Shown in pieces: positions 23,936 through 37,886 of a DNA stretch of 63,600 bases (position 1 is the stretch's first letter; each line of letters starts with the position of its first letter). This DNA comes from Octopus bimaculoides. Its lineage: Eukaryota. Both the position numbers and the translations under genes were made by a program. The notes under the pieces were generated by a model. The model saw only the letters and a program-made list of their open reading frames with translations, made no database searches and was not told where the DNA came from. The stretch covers positions 68,038,952 to 68,102,551 of the forward strand of contig NC_068988.1 in the NCBI RefSeq assembly GCF_001194135.2. Reading direction: 5' to 3'.

Positions 23936-24089
23936 TAAAAGCAAATGATAAAGGACAGCACCTTATTTTGATGTCTGGAATCATTTATATTAAAGTTTTT
24001 AAAAAATCTGGTAATCAATTACGGTTTTATTATCAGTTCATTAATAACGTAATGATGTCAATCCAGATTTGAAAATATATATTCAATTA

Positions 24090-24590
24090 TCTTTTATGTT
24101 TTACTTGCTTCATTCATTGGAATGCGACTTTGCGTAGTCATCGTATTGCAGGGTTGAATCGAAGAAATCGACTAAATTATATTTTAAAGCCTAGTATTTA
24201 TTCTATCGCGTTCTTATATCGAACAACTAAGTCACAAGGACCTAGATAAATCAACACCAGTTGTCAAGCGGTGATGGGAACAAATACAAACACAAGGATA
24301 CCCGCAAACGGATAAATACATACATACGTACATGTGTGCATCCATACGTATGCATGTATCTATGTATGCATGCATGTACGTATGTATGTATGGATGCTTG
24401 TATGTATGTATGTATGTATGTATAAAACGGGAGTCCTTTACCTTTCAGTTTCCATACCAAAACCACTCAGGAGGCTTGGGTTTACCCGGAACTATAGTAG
24501 GTGACAATCACCCACTGTGACATACAGTGTGACGGAAGCAGGAGCCAGGTTAATGAAAGAGAAATTATTCTTACCACACAAAGCTGGATC
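24090..24590 (-). mobile_element. Family B SINE with internal (TATG)n
   Basis: Tail, body, microsatellite and head modules in the reverse order of 30361-30826. Confidence 0.7.
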
Positions 24591-25284
24591 TATGACAAGG
24601 TATAAGTATATATTGACTGAATTGTTCTAAGAAATATAGCTGAATGCGAAAACATGCAAGAAAATAAAATAGAACGGATTTTCATTATTTTGAGAGATCA
24701 GTAATAGGCTGTTATACTGTTATAGCCCTGGGATCTGACCCCACTCCCATGACAGTCTTATTGAAAAACAAAGTTGAAAAACCAAACTTTCAAATGTTAT
24801 ATTTCCTCATTAGGCATTATGATCACCAAAACTTTTCTTCCGGCTTAACAGAACATTGCCACTAATGTAATCCGTTTAAGTACAAGCTAAATTCATAAAT
24901 ATAGAATCGCATGATTCCTGCTTATGTTCTTGACAAAATATCATAATGATATTATGTGTTACAGAGTACATTTATAGATTTTAGCGGACTCTGGAAAGTA
25001 GACAAATGCATTCACCTACATTTCATATCCGATATATTCAGTGCTTGCGAACTTGTGCATGCAGTAATTGATTAGTTTTCAGATGTATGACGGAACGATT
25101 TTTAACATTGCAATATACCATAAAGTTAGGGGAAAAATACGCAAGTTAAAATGATAGTATATTTTCCTTTAAAATTTATTTGTGAAACACATGATTGACT
25201 TAATTTGAAAATATAGTCACATAAATTTATTTCTTGATATAAGTAGGTAAAAACCGTTGTTTCTTAGCAGGTAGAATCTTTATA

Positions 25285-25440
25285 TAGGAGTGGTTGTCTG
25301 ATAAGAAGCTTGCTTCCCAATTACATGGTTCTGGGTTCAGTCCCATTATGTGGTAGAATCGGGCAAGTGTCTTCTACTACAGCCTCGGGCTGACTAAAGC
25401 CTTGTGAGTAGATGTGGTAGACGGAAACTGAAAGAAGCAT
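25285..25440 (+). mobile_element. Family B SINE head
   Basis: GGAGTGGTTGTCTGATAAGAAGCTTGCTT..GGGTTCAGTCCCA..GGTAGACGGAAACTGAAAGAAGC. Confidence 0.8.
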
Positions 25441-25459
25441 GTTGTGTGTGTATATACAT

Positions 25460-25494
<35 letters not shown>

Positions 25495-25821
25495 NNNNNN
25501 NNNNNNNNNNNNNNNNNNNNNNNNNNNNNNNNNNNNNNNNNNNNNNNNNNNNNNNNNNNNNNNNNNNNNNNNNNNNNNNNNNNNNNNNNNNNNNNNNNNN
25601 NNNNNNNNNNNNNNNNNNNNNNNNNNNNNNNNNNNNNNNNNNNNNNNNNNNNNNNNNNNNNNNNNNNNNNNNNNNNNNNNNNNNNNNNNNNNNNNNNNNN
25701 NNNNNNNNNNNNNNNNNNNNNNNNNNNNNNNNNNNNNNNNNNNNNNNNNNNNNNNNNNNNNNNNNNNNNNNNNNNNNNNNNNNNNNNNNNNNNNNNNNNN
25801 NNNNNNNNNNNNNNATATATA

Positions 25822-27465
25822 CAGTGTCTTGCAAACGTCTACACCCCCTGTGAAAATTTATATATTTTGTATAATTTAACAGCGAAGAACACATCTTTTC
25901 AATTCCAATGATTGTTAAATGATAAGCAAATCCATCACACTTTCCTTTGATATAAAAATTACATTTCAAAAATTTCACACTGATTCTTAAAATCATATAA
26001 CTTAGAAAAATATCTTTGCAAAAGTCTACACCCCACAGATATTATACTGTGTGATCAGATAGTTTGTCATTGATGTATACAATCCAACATAATCAAAAGT
26101 GACATGTGAGTTCTACCATAACAAACAAACTTGGCCAGTCTATTATTTTGCTATATAAGGTGATTTAACTGCCCACAAAATCATTCACCACATGGTTTTT
26201 TGGTATGTTGGTCTTTGGACTCTGACTGTAAACGCAAGGTGTCCAACTCGGGAAAGAAATCGGGCAAGCCTCTGTCTCTGGAACTTAAAAACATTATTAT
26301 TCAAAAATACAATGAAAATAATGGCTATAAAATAATGTAAAAACTTTAGAATTGCCCCTAAGCACTGTTAAAACTGTAGTTTAGAATTGGTTAGTGCACA
26401 AAACCACTGCTACCCTACCAACATCTGTGAGACGGAGCAAACTTACCAGAAGGGCAAAGTCAAAACTGGTCCGGGAGGCAACCTCCAACGCTAATGCAAC
26501 ACTGGAAGACTTGAAAGCTTCAGTTTCCAGTACTGGTACAGATGTCCACGCATCTACAATTTCCAGACTATTGCAGCGGTCTGGCCTGCAAGGGAGGGTA
26601 GCTAGAAAAAAGCCCCTTCCGAAGCCTATACACAAGCAAGCAAGGCTAATCATTGCCAAAAGTCATATTAATATTAATGATTCCATGACCATGTGGTGAA
26701 AGCTTTTGTGGTTAGATGAAACCAAAGGCGAATTGTTTTGAAAAAATACGAAACGTTACGTTTGACATAAATAAGGCACTGCTCACCAACCTCGTTACAC
26801 CGTCCCCACTGTAAAGCATGGCGGTGGCTCGATCATACTTTAGGGTTGTTTTTCAGCTGCAGGGCTTGGAGGGTTGGTAACCATCCAATGTATCATGGAC
26901 AGAGTCAAATACCAAGAAATATTGGAGGTAAACCTGCTGAAGTCTGCTAGAGCTCTGCGCTTGATCGCAATTTCACGTTTCAACAAGAAAACGAGCCAAG
27001 CATATATCAAAGGGGACTAAAACTAGGTTTGCTAGCAAGAAGATCAGACCTCAATCGTATAGAAAATCTATGGCGAGATCTAAAGCTGGCTGTGCTCCGA
27101 CGTTTCCCATCCAATCTGACACAGCTCGAAAAGTTCTGCCATGAAGAATGGCGAAAAATGTCAGCAGATCGTGAAAGGCTACCCGAGGCGTCTGCAGGCT
27201 GTAATTGACGCAGCAGGGTCATCCACAAAGTATTAGCTGAAGACATTCCAAAGAGGTGCAGACTTTGCAAAGGCATTTTTGTACGTTATATGAAATTAAG
27301 AAGCAGTGTGAAATTTTTAAAATGTAATTTTTATATCAAAGGAAAGTGTGATGGATCTGCTTATTATTTAACAATCATTGGAATCGAAAAAAATGTGTTG
27401 TTCCCTGTTAAATTATACAAAATCTATACATTTTCAAAGGAGGTGTAGACTCTTGCAAGGCGCTA
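25822..27465 (+). mobile_element. Tc1-family transposon with long IR/DR-type TIRs, near full length (1644 bp), inactive
   Basis: About 200-bp inverted repeats (25822-26036 versus 27250-27465), each with outer and inner GTCT(A/G)CACC direct repeats, and TA flanks. Transposase motifs GRVARKKPL, LLW.DETK.ELF, VKHGGGSI, QQEN.PKH and DLN.IENLW, with stops, frameshifts and a deletion between the second D and the E. Confidence 0.93.
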
Positions 27466-27499
27466 TATATATATATATATATATATAGATAGATAGATA

Positions 27500-27700
27500 G
27501 GGGTTGGACAACATAATGGAATCAGCTTAAAATTTCAAACAAATTTATTTTAATATGGGGTAGTACCGCCTTTGGTAGTGATTACAGCTTAAATTATACG
27601 AGGTATGGACTTGTACAAAGTTTGAATTGTTTCCAAAGGAATTTTTGTCCATTCTTCCGCTAAAACCGTCTTCAGTTCTTGTATGATGATGGTGGAGGAC
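27500..27700 (-). mobile_element. Second Tc1-family element, 3' end only
   Basis: The minus strand reads ELKTVLAEEWTKIPLETIQTLYKSIPRII*AVITTKGGTTPY*, followed by a TIR-like end (GGGGTTGGACAACATAATGGAA on +). It is cut by a microsatellite and gap. Confidence 0.8.
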
Positions 27701-30006
27701 ATATATGTATATGTGTATATTTATAAGTATATATATNNNNNNNNNNNNNNNNNNNNNNNNNNNNNNNNNNNNNNNNNNNNNNNNNNNNNNNNNNNNNNNN
27801 NNNNNNNNNNNNNNNNNNNNNNNNNNNNNNNNNNNNNNNNNNNNNNNNNNNNNNNNNNNNNNNNNNNNNNNNNNNNNNNNNNNNNNNNNNNNNNNNNNNN
27901 NNNNNNNNNNNNNNNNNNNNNNNNNNNNNNNNNNNNNNNNNNNNNNNNNNNNNNNNNNNNNNNNNNNNNNNNNNNNNNNNNNNNNNNNNNNNNNNNNNNN
28001 NNNNNNNNNNNNNNNNNNNNNNNNNNNNNNNNNNNNNNNNNNNNNNNNNNNNNNNNNNNNNNNNNNNNNNNNNNNNNNNNNNNNNNNNNNNNNNNNNNNN
28101 NNNNNNNNNNNNNNNNNNNNNNNNNNNNNNNNNNNNNNNNNNNNNNNNNNNNNNNNNNNNNNNNNNNNNNNNNNNNNNNNATATATATTGGTAAAATAAA
28201 AGTTAGAGGCAATACTTGACAATTGTAAGCCCCTGTGTATGCCAGCTCGTGGTCTGCACGTTAATTTTTCGCACACACGAGACGCATTCTTATCTGCCTC
28301 CTCTGCTATCTTTTCTCTTGTCAAATAATATTTCTCTATCGTTCGCTACCTTACCTCCTCTGACCTAACGGCCCTACATGTTTGTTTTTGTTTGTTTTTT
28401 TTTGTATGTCTTTCCTGTCTTGTTTTTGTTATCAAGTTCGACTCTTCGTAAATCCCAAATTTTATTTTGGTTCGCGGGAGCAACTGTTTTTCAAAGCCTC
28501 ATATGGTCGTTAATTGCTCAAAATGTGGAGTAGATGAACAACCGACAAGTGATGAAGGGGCGTACATTATGTTACTTGTCTTGTTTTCCATTTGTCTATG
28601 TCGTTGTTAGCGTATCGAAATTTCATGTTGTTTACGCTTTGTGACGTCCTGTATACATATATGCAAATATATATACATATATATGTAAGTATGTACATAT
28701 ACGTATGTATATATGCATATATCTATATATCTATATCTATCTATCTATATATATATATNNNNNNNNNNATATATATATATATATGCACATATATATATAT
28801 ATATATACTAGCTCTGAATTTAGGATGCAGGGAAATCTTCATAATCGCAGTATTAGTTTCGAACACTGAACATCAAGTAAGATAAAGTTTATTGTAATTC
28901 AAAGTACAATGTCAGCTTTAATGCCAATTAATGTAAATGATATAATATTTCATTAGATATATATCTAATGCAAACGCATTAACGTTTATAAGTATGTGTA
29001 TCCGAAGTGCTTAAATAATTAAAAATTGGGTTTTAATAGAATACTAATATAATATTACCTCCAAATATATCGATTAACATTTTATGTAGATCATTAAATA
29101 TTTTTACCGGATACATTTATACGTTGTTAATCTCCAGGATTCCAACGAATTTTAATAATATTCCGTTTTATTTTCCTTGTTACTGTTTTGATGTTTTATA
29201 TGTTGTATTTAGAATTGAGATTTATATCCCGATTTTAGCTAAAAGCTTATGTTTTATTTTATTGAATACAAATGTATGTAAGAAGAATGATAGATTCAAA
29301 TATGTTTATTTATTTGTTTTCAACATTCTTTTCCTTTTCAACGATTACAGATTATTAATTGTTAATCACGATAATACAATAAACTGGATTATATGAAATT
29401 TTTAACTTATTCACTCTGATATGGTTTCTCTAATTACTTCCTTAGATATACAACAGATCTTATTCATAAACATATACACATATACATGCATACATACAAA
29501 CACATATAAATATTGAATGGCTTGAGATAATAAATCCAAGCAGGTACCATTGAAGCAGTTTAGTATGATATGGAATAACTTGGGATTATTTAAGATAAGC
29601 ACTTTGAAAATATCACCTTATTATTAAATCCAAGGGAAAAGAGAAATAAGGAAAGAATATTCTGCTTGTCTCTCTCCGTCTCTACATTTTAGATTAAGTT
29701 TTCATTTTTCACTCTATTCAAGAAAGTTAAATACGACATCAGCTCTTCCTAAAAACGTCTACATACTTTTTTTCTAATATTCATTATACCTTAAAATATC
29801 ACGCGGGTTCGTTTTTATTATTATTTCTGTTCTCCTGAGCTAATATTGTGAGCTAATGTTATTATCGCTTCAGTTGAGTTGTTTCTAAGTCATTCCAAAT
29901 CCTTTAACTCTCTCTCTCTCTCTCTCTCTCTGACACTCACTTTCTTTCTATCCTTCCTCCTTTACAGGAGCCAATATGCATATTTACACACACACACACA
30001 TATGTA

Positions 30007-30040
<34 letters not shown>

Positions 30041-30045
<5 letters not shown>

Positions 30046-30265
30046 TCCCACAGGAGGCTAAACATAAAGGGGACAAACATGGACAGACAAAGGGATTAAG
30101 TCGATTACATTGACCCCCAGTGCATAACTGGCACTTATTTAATCGACCCCAAAAGGATGAATGACAAAGTTGACCTCCTCGGAATTTGAACTCAGAACAT
30201 AACGGCAGACGAAATACCGCTAAGCATTTCGCCAAGTGTGCTAACTATTGTGCCAGCTCGCCGCC
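30041..30265 (-). mobile_element. Family A SINE (variant tail)
   Basis: Reverse complement GGCGGCGAGCTGGCACAATAGTTAGCAC..GAGTTCAAATTCC..CATCCTTTTGGGGTCGAT. Confidence 0.9.
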
Positions 30266-30360
30266 ATAAACATATATACACTGAAAGTAATGTAACATTG
30301 TGGTGAAGGCGTCCGCAACATAGTTATATACTAGGGTTATATATTTTATGTACTTATATA

Positions 30361-30826
30361 GGCGCAGGAGTGGCTTTGTGGTAATTAGCTTGCTTAACAC
30401 CCACATGTTTCCGGGTTCAGTCCCACTGCGTGTCAGCTTGGGCAAGTGTTTTCTACTATTGCCTCGGGCCGACCAAAGCCTTGTGAGTGGATTTGGTAGA
30501 CGGAAGCTGAAAGAAGCCCGTCGTATATATATATATATATGCGTGTGTGTGTTTGTATATCTGTGTTTGTCCTCCTACCATCGCTTGACAACCGATGCTG
30601 GTGTTTACGTCCACGTAACTTAGCGGTTCGGCAAAAAGAGACAGATAGAATAAGTACTAGGCTTACAAAAAATAAGTCCTGGGGTCGATTTACTCAACTA
30701 AAGGTGGTGCTCNNNNNNNNNNTAGGCTTACAAAAAATAAGTCCTGGGGTCGATTTACTCAACTAAAGGTGGTGCTCCAGCATGGCCGCAGTCAAATGAT
30801 TGAAACAAGTAAAAGAGTAAAAGAGT
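30361..30826 (+). mobile_element. Family B SINE, full length (tRNA-like head, internal TA/TG microsatellite, body, GAAACAAGTAAAAGA tail)
   Basis: GGCGCAGGAGTGGCTTTGTGGTAATTAG A-box, GGGTTCAGTCCC B-box-like motif; the modules recur across the window. Confidence 0.9.
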
Positions 30827-31039
30827 ATATGACCATCCGCTCGGATCTATGTACAAAATGAGAGTGGTTTGGAGAATGCATTTTTATGCAAATATAGTAC
30901 ATTTAAAATCTATTTTACGATTTAATTCGCACATATACACATAAAGATCTGCATGTAGAAGTGTGCTTCGTTACAGATAAAATTTCTTGTTTACATAAAA
31001 CTGTCACGGTTGATTTGCTTCCAGCAAATACATCTGCCT

Positions 31040-31456
31040 TTTATCTATTACTTGTTTCAGTCATTAGACTCTGGCTATTCTGGGGCACCTTGGAATTTTA
31101 TTGAAATGAATAAACACTAGCACTTTATTTTAAAGCCTGGTACTCATTCTATTAGTGTCTTTACCGAACAGCTACATTACAGGAACGCAAACACACCAGC
31201 ACCGGTTGTCAAGTTTAGGTTGTGGTGGAGCAAACACAGACACAAAGACAGACAGACAAACACCCACACACAACCACACACACACACACACACACACACA
31301 CCCACATAAGCGACAGGCCCCTTTCAATTTCCGTCTATCAGATTCACTCACAAGGCTTGGTCGGCTCGAAGCTATGACAGAAAACACTTGCTTTAGGTGC
31401 CACAGAGTACCACTGAACCCAGATACAAGCTCCTTACCACTCAGTCACGCCTACGC
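31040..31456 (-). mobile_element. Family B SINE, full length, inverted relative to 30361
   Basis: All modules present in reverse complement. Confidence 0.82.
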
Positions 31457-31863
31457 CTATACGTGCACACACAGTAAATAAGTATGTATGCATGTATGTT
31501 TATGACTAAGTATATGTTCGATCTTGCATCCTTACGTGCCACGTAATGTATAGATATATATGACGTATATGCGAATATGTTAATGGTATATGAAACATTA
31601 TGTGATAAGGAATTGAATACGAATTTATAGTCAAATGTAAATGTTTTTTATACCAGAGAAAAGTTATATATAAGTTTTCCTCTATATCCAGCTCCTTCAA
31701 ACTGCAGCTTAAAAGGTTAAAATCACACGATGTGGGAGGAGGAACTAACTTATAATACATACTGATGATGTTAGAAGACCGGTAGGGCGATAGAAAAAAG
31801 ATATGTCAGTGCGTGTATGAAAGAGTGTGTGCGTGTTTGTGTGTGACAGAGTGCGTGTGTGTG

Positions 31864-31914
<51 letters not shown>

Positions 31915-32026
31915 GAAAGAGTACGTGTGTGTATGTGTGTGTGTGTGTTAGATAGAGAAAGGGAGAAGGGAGTTCATGTTCCATTTAGAAATGAAATGTC
32001 AGCGGGTATACGGTGAAATTCTTAAG

Positions 32027-32061
<35 letters not shown>

Positions 32062-32145
32062 TATACACACACACACAAATATATATATATATATATATAA
32101 TATATATATATATACAGGCATACATATATAAATACATACACACTC

Positions 32146-32180
<35 letters not shown>

Positions 32181-33662
32181 NNNNNNNNNNNNNNNNNNNN
32201 NNNNNNNNNNNNNNNNNNNNNNNNNNNNNNNNNNNNNNNNNNNNNNNNNNNNNNNNNNNNNNNNNNNNNNNNNNNNNNNNNNNNNNNNNNNNNNNNNNNN
32301 NNNNNNNNNNNNNNNNNNNNNNNNNNNNNNNNNNNNNNNNNNNNNNNNNNNNNNNNNNNNNNNNNNNNNNNNNNNNNNNNNNNNNNNNNNNNNNNATATA
32401 TATATGCACATACATATATACATATATGTACACATAGGCACATATGTGTGCACACGCGCATACACATATATGGGTTGCATACTACTTCCGATATTATTAG
32501 CATCAATGACTCAATGATAGGAAAGCTAGGCAGCCAGAACAAAATGTTATAGAAAAGTTCGTTGAACTAAATGATAAAATGGAAACTTTCAATTTCCTCA
32601 AACTAACCGTATGAATAAATGTCAGTCTAATGTCTGACAGCAATTTGAACTACTGACCTTCTGTTCATCCTTCTGAATAAGATGGCTTTAAAAGTATATC
32701 GTCTGACTTGTACATTAACTTATTATTGCTCAAGTGGTCATTATGGACGTAAAATAGCCATAAAGCAGTTTTCTTGCTTATTATACTTTAATATATTTGT
32801 TCCTTCAATTATAACTGTCCATCATCAGCTTAATATACTTAATGATAGCAATTAGACGCACATATAAGAACATCTACACGCGCACATACACACACATACA
32901 TTTATTGCGTATCGATTACACGACTAGGATTGTTAGACTGCATAAAATGTTGTTCCTGTATTACATTTTATTGTGTTTTTTTTTTAGTTTTGCATAACTG
33001 TAGTTTTCATTTTTTCTCAAGATTCACGTGGGTGGGTGTGTAGAGGGGAAATCCTTATAATCAACCAGTTATTTGAGGAAAGTGGTCATGCTGGAACACA
33101 GCCATTTTAAAATCTCTAGTATAGCATTCTTTAATATAAGCGAGTTGGCAGAATCGTTAGTACGCCGGTCAAAATGTTCCATGGCCTTTTTTTCCGGCTT
33201 CACTGGTGCACATCATTTGTTATATATATTTATTCTTCTTTTAGACTTCCTAACTGTGGTATATATTTGACTATACAAGTTACGTTGCTTATGTCATTAC
33301 TTGAATAGGATGAAATCATGTAGCAAAACAAATTTAGACACGCACTTGAGATTCTTTTTGAAAAGTATTTATTGCAAGGAAGAGTTGAAAACATACAATT
33401 CTTTTGTTGATGTAATAAATGTTAATAACGATGCCAGAGACTAGCAATTATTTTGCATAAGCGCATTAAAAAAAAAAACCCTGACGAATAGTAATTTAAA
33501 TTTACACACACACGCACCCCCCATCTATATATGTATCTACATATCTATATGTATAACTATATACCTATCTCTCTCTCTTTCTTTCTCTCTCTCAATATAT
33601 AACATATGTATATATATNNNNNNNNNNTGTATATGTATATATATTATCTCTCTGTCTCTCTG

Positions 33663-33742
<80 letters not shown>

Positions 33743-34065
33743 AATTTAATTGTTGGAACGAGAAAAATAATGGACTATAAATGAAACGTAATAATATATG
33801 AAAATTATAGTGTTATTTGAAATAATGTAAGAAAATATCTTACCTAAATATAATCGATATAATTTTACGAAAGACCGTTATTTATAAAAACTATTTAACA
33901 ATGTATTATTATTTATGTGACATCAACTATGGGCCATAGATTTAATTACATAGAGAAAACTAATTTCAAACAGTGTAAATAAAAAGACTCATTGTGCTAA
34001 TTGAGGATTTTTTATAAACTATAAAACAATTACTATCTTTTATTGATATTCACAGTAATTAGTAC

Positions 34066-34203
<138 letters not shown>

Positions 34204-34261
34204 GGCTTTCTTTTATTCATTTACTGGTTTCAGCCAGAGACTGGAGCCATACTAGAACACC

Positions 34262-36946
34262 GCTTTCAATGTTTTAATGCCTCCATACGGTAGTGTTTTT
34301 GGTGAAGAAGCGAGTTGGACAAAGTTGCTCTTCGTTGTGTCTCCTACCGCAATGTGGGCTCATCTTGTGTTTTTTGAATGTTTTCACATCTACACCTTGC
34401 AGATCTCGTAGTTTCCTTGACAAGGTTTTAAATAATTGTGGTCCCCTGAAAACCAAGTTGTTGCAATACTTGTTTCTTATCTGAGATGAAGAAGACGATA
34501 TTTCTGGTATTATGCAGCGCTGTCTATTTAGGTTGCTGGTATAGCTTTTAATTCCAAAGCTGGGAGCTAGGCCTTTCAAGAACATCCATATGTATATCAA
34601 TACATACCTTTCTCGCCTTTTATTCAAGGATTAGAGCATCAGTTTTTGTAGCCTCTCCCAGTAGCTCCTCTGTTTCACTGAGTCAATCTTTTTTATGCAG
34701 TGGCGCTGGATTGCCTCAAGTTCCACCAACAGCTTGACTCTCTTCGGTGACCACAGTTGGAAGTCGTGATCCGGACGACTAAAGATAAATGTCCTCCATA
34801 GGAGTGGCAAGGTATCCTTATTTCTAGTTCTGAATAATCCACGGATCTATCTAGGTACGTGCCTGCAAAATGTTGCCATTCTTGCAATATTCACATGGAG
34901 TGCTGCATCAGTACTCATGTGGATTCCCAGGTCATGCACCAATTCTAACTCTGGAATAGCATTGCCCCCTGGTCCTATGTATTCCGGTTATATTCTGTTT
35001 GTGAGCCGATAGCGATGTGAGCGAAACTTATCAGCATTGAACTACATGTTATTTTCATCAGCCTCTTTATATATAGTATGCAGTTCATTTTGAAGTTTCA
35101 CTATGTCATCATAGTTCTTCACTGCCTGATACACTTTTGTACCACCGGTGTAGTTTGTGAGAGTGGCTGATTGTACGATGGCATATCTGAGAGAGCCACT
35201 AAAATAGTAGTGGTCCCAGTACAGTCGGCTCAGGAACTCGACTGCAGATTGATGTTATCCAAGAGAGAGCAACATTGGCTGCAACTGATCTTTTAAAAGT
35301 CGTGCAGCCACTCTCCCAGTTTTCCAGTGATAACAAGTTTGTGACATATCATCCCATGATCAACTTTGTCAAAGGTCTTGGTAAAGTCGAGAGATATCAC
35401 AACTACGCTTGACTGGTTGAGCTGGTATTGCAGTACCCAATCATATTGTTGTAGCTATGTGGTGCAGCTCATCTCACAAGGAAAACCATGTGCGCTTGTA
35501 AGCAAGTTATTCTCTTCCAAGAACGTGATCAGTCTCCTCCTGATAATGTGTTCCATAACTTTACCAAAATGTGAAGTCAGAGAGATAGGCTTGTAATTCT
35601 AGTGTCTGCTCTACTTCCTCCTTTATGGGTAGGACATATGATACCCTCTTTTAATAGTTTGGGAAATTTTCCAAAAGTATCTGCTCTTTTTGTCTGAAAA
35701 AGTATCTGCTCTTTTTGTCTGAAAAAGTATCTGCTCTTTTTGTCTGAAAAAGTATCTGCTCTTTTTGTCTGAAAAAATATCTGCTCTTTTTGTCGATATT
35801 CGATGGTTGTCTTTTCCCCCATGTAAGTCTGCAGTGTTGAAACACTCTTTAGGCTCACTCACTTGCCAGTTTTCCAGTGGAAATGTCAAGACAATTGGGA
35901 ATTCCTTATTTAGTATTTCACCCATCCTCTCGAGGTCCGCACTTGAAAAACTGGCTCCATCTTATAGTGCACTGATACAAAATCTTTCGCGAAATTGTAG
36001 AAAATTTTGGGCATATTCTTATATTCTCTACTACCTTGGCTTCTCTTTCTACCATTTTGTTTTTCATAGGAGAGTTTGAGTTATTTTCGATCTCTAAAAT
36101 TCTCTCTTCTGGGAGGCATTTCTCGCTGTCAATAAGTTTATTTAAGCCATTGGAGATCTTTATATTCTTTCTCATAAGGAGTCTCATGCCCTGTGGAATT
36201 ATGTTTTTGTATGTGTCTGATCTCTTCTTTGAGACAAATTTAATACATATGGCTTGCATAATTGACATGAAATCTTTAAGTTTCATGTTAATGCCTTGCA
36301 TAGAGAGACGTTTGGGTCGAGTTTGCTGGATATTTCGTTTTTCAATTGACTTTTACTCAGCCTTATGAAAGTTCAGATTAGACAAAGTTTGGGTGCCGTC
36401 TGTGTGGAATACATCAGTAATTGGTTTGGGACCATACATCGTCAGTTCTACCATGCTGTGGTCTGAGAAGATTCTCAGTGTTATATTTACGTTGTGGAGA
36501 AGATCTACATCGTTGCTGAAACATAGATCTAATAGATTAACATTCATGGTTAGAGAGCCTATTGATTGCTCCGTGAACTGCATTTTTTTAGGTAATGTAG
36601 ACATTCTCCTTCGCTATGCTCTTTGCACATCATTCCTGAGATTATGTTGTCTTCGGGCCATTTGATCTTGGGGAGGTTGAAGTTACCCATCAAAAGTATA
36701 TTAACACTTTGATCCAATTGTGTTAGTACATTATTTTATAATTGTAAGACTTTCCTCAAATATACCCCCATGATTTGAAGCATCGGGTTGGCGATACAGT
36801 GTACATATTATTACACCATGTTGTCTTAAATGCCCTACTAGTGTATCAAAGACCGAGTTGCAACAGAGTTGTGCGAAATTTTCAAGGATGTTCAAAGTAA
36901 TGCCACAGTGACTTCTTCCGCTTCTGTCTGCACGCAACACAGCATA
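34262..36946 (-). mobile_element. CR1-group LINE ORF2 remnant (AP endonuclease and reverse transcriptase), 5'-truncated, decayed
   Basis: Minus-strand motifs: ICTLYRQPD, LLMGNFNLP, NLLDLCFSN..SDHSMV (endonuclease); ICPTHKGG..NYKPISLTSHFGKVME, LDFTKTFDKVDH, YTGGTK (degenerate YADDTK), FNADKFR, RRERY.LIYIW (RT and C-terminus). Many frameshifts. Confidence 0.92.
35673..35794. repeat. 25-bp minisatellite x 5 inside the LINE
   Basis: Unit AAAAAGTATCTGCTCTTTTTGTCTG; copies start near 35673, 35697, 35722, 35747 and 35772. Confidence 0.95.
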
Positions 36947-37299
36947 CATATATATGTGTATGTATGCGTCATTTATATCTGCAGAGATATGTTTCTCTGT
37001 AGGTCCAATTCATAGCGATCCAGTGCATGCAGAAAGATCTTCCATGTATGCAATTTATTGATTGCTGTTGCTTTGTAGGAGGCGTGTAATATTTATTAAA
37101 AGAGTTGGTGTGATTGTGTGTGAGTGTATATATATATATATATATNNNNNNNNNNNNNNNNNNNNNNNNNNNNNNNNNNNNNNNNNNNNNNNNNNNNNNN
37201 NNNNNNNNNNNNNNNNNATATAGATAGAGAGAGAGAGAGGGTGAGAGGGGGGAGAAAGAGAGCGAGAGTTTTTGAAAAGATTTACAGATATTGTATATT

Positions 37300-37886
37300 T
37301 AGAATAATAAGGTAGTCAGAATATTGGATCATTATATATATTATTTTATTTACATTTCGTTTACAATTGCAGAGCTTTCTTCCGTTTTGGGATTTATCAA
37401 AAGGTAGTTTAAAGCTGAATTTCTTGGCCTTTTTATATATAAAAACATTTTCTAGGCTTTGCCAAACAAGATAGAAGAAAGAAGAAAATGTTTTGAGAAC
37501 GAGTGTGAGGTAAAGAGGCGTGGCTTTTGTATTGGTACGGTCAGTACCTGTTCTCTCAATTAAAACCTTGACCAATTCAAATACAATAATTATTTGTCCT
37601 TCCCCATCTTGAAATGTCACTAAGTACTAAACAACAAGTCTGACCTTACCAATACAAAAGACACGCTTCTTTACCTCACCCTCGTTCTCAAAAATATTTG
37701 TCTTCGTTCTTCTCCTTTCCTTGACAAACCCATCAGAATCTGTAATATATAAAATAGTCAAGAAATCTAACTTTAAACCACTTTTTGGTAAATCCGATAA
37801 CGGAAGAAAGCACTAAAAATGTAAATAATTCGTAAATAAAAGTTATATATATATAATACTCCAACATTTCGAGTACCTTATTATTC

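Noticed and set aside
28548-28580. TGATGA-AGGGG hammerhead-like start within a GACAAGT/ACTTGTC stem
   Set aside because: No stem II partner or GAAA follows.
30658-30777. 55-bp direct repeat inside a SINE
   Set aside because: The copies are identical and sit either side of a 10-N gap, a typical contig-overlap artefact.
35673-35794. CRISPR-like regular repeats
   Set aside because: Head-to-tail units with no spacers, inside a eukaryotic LINE.
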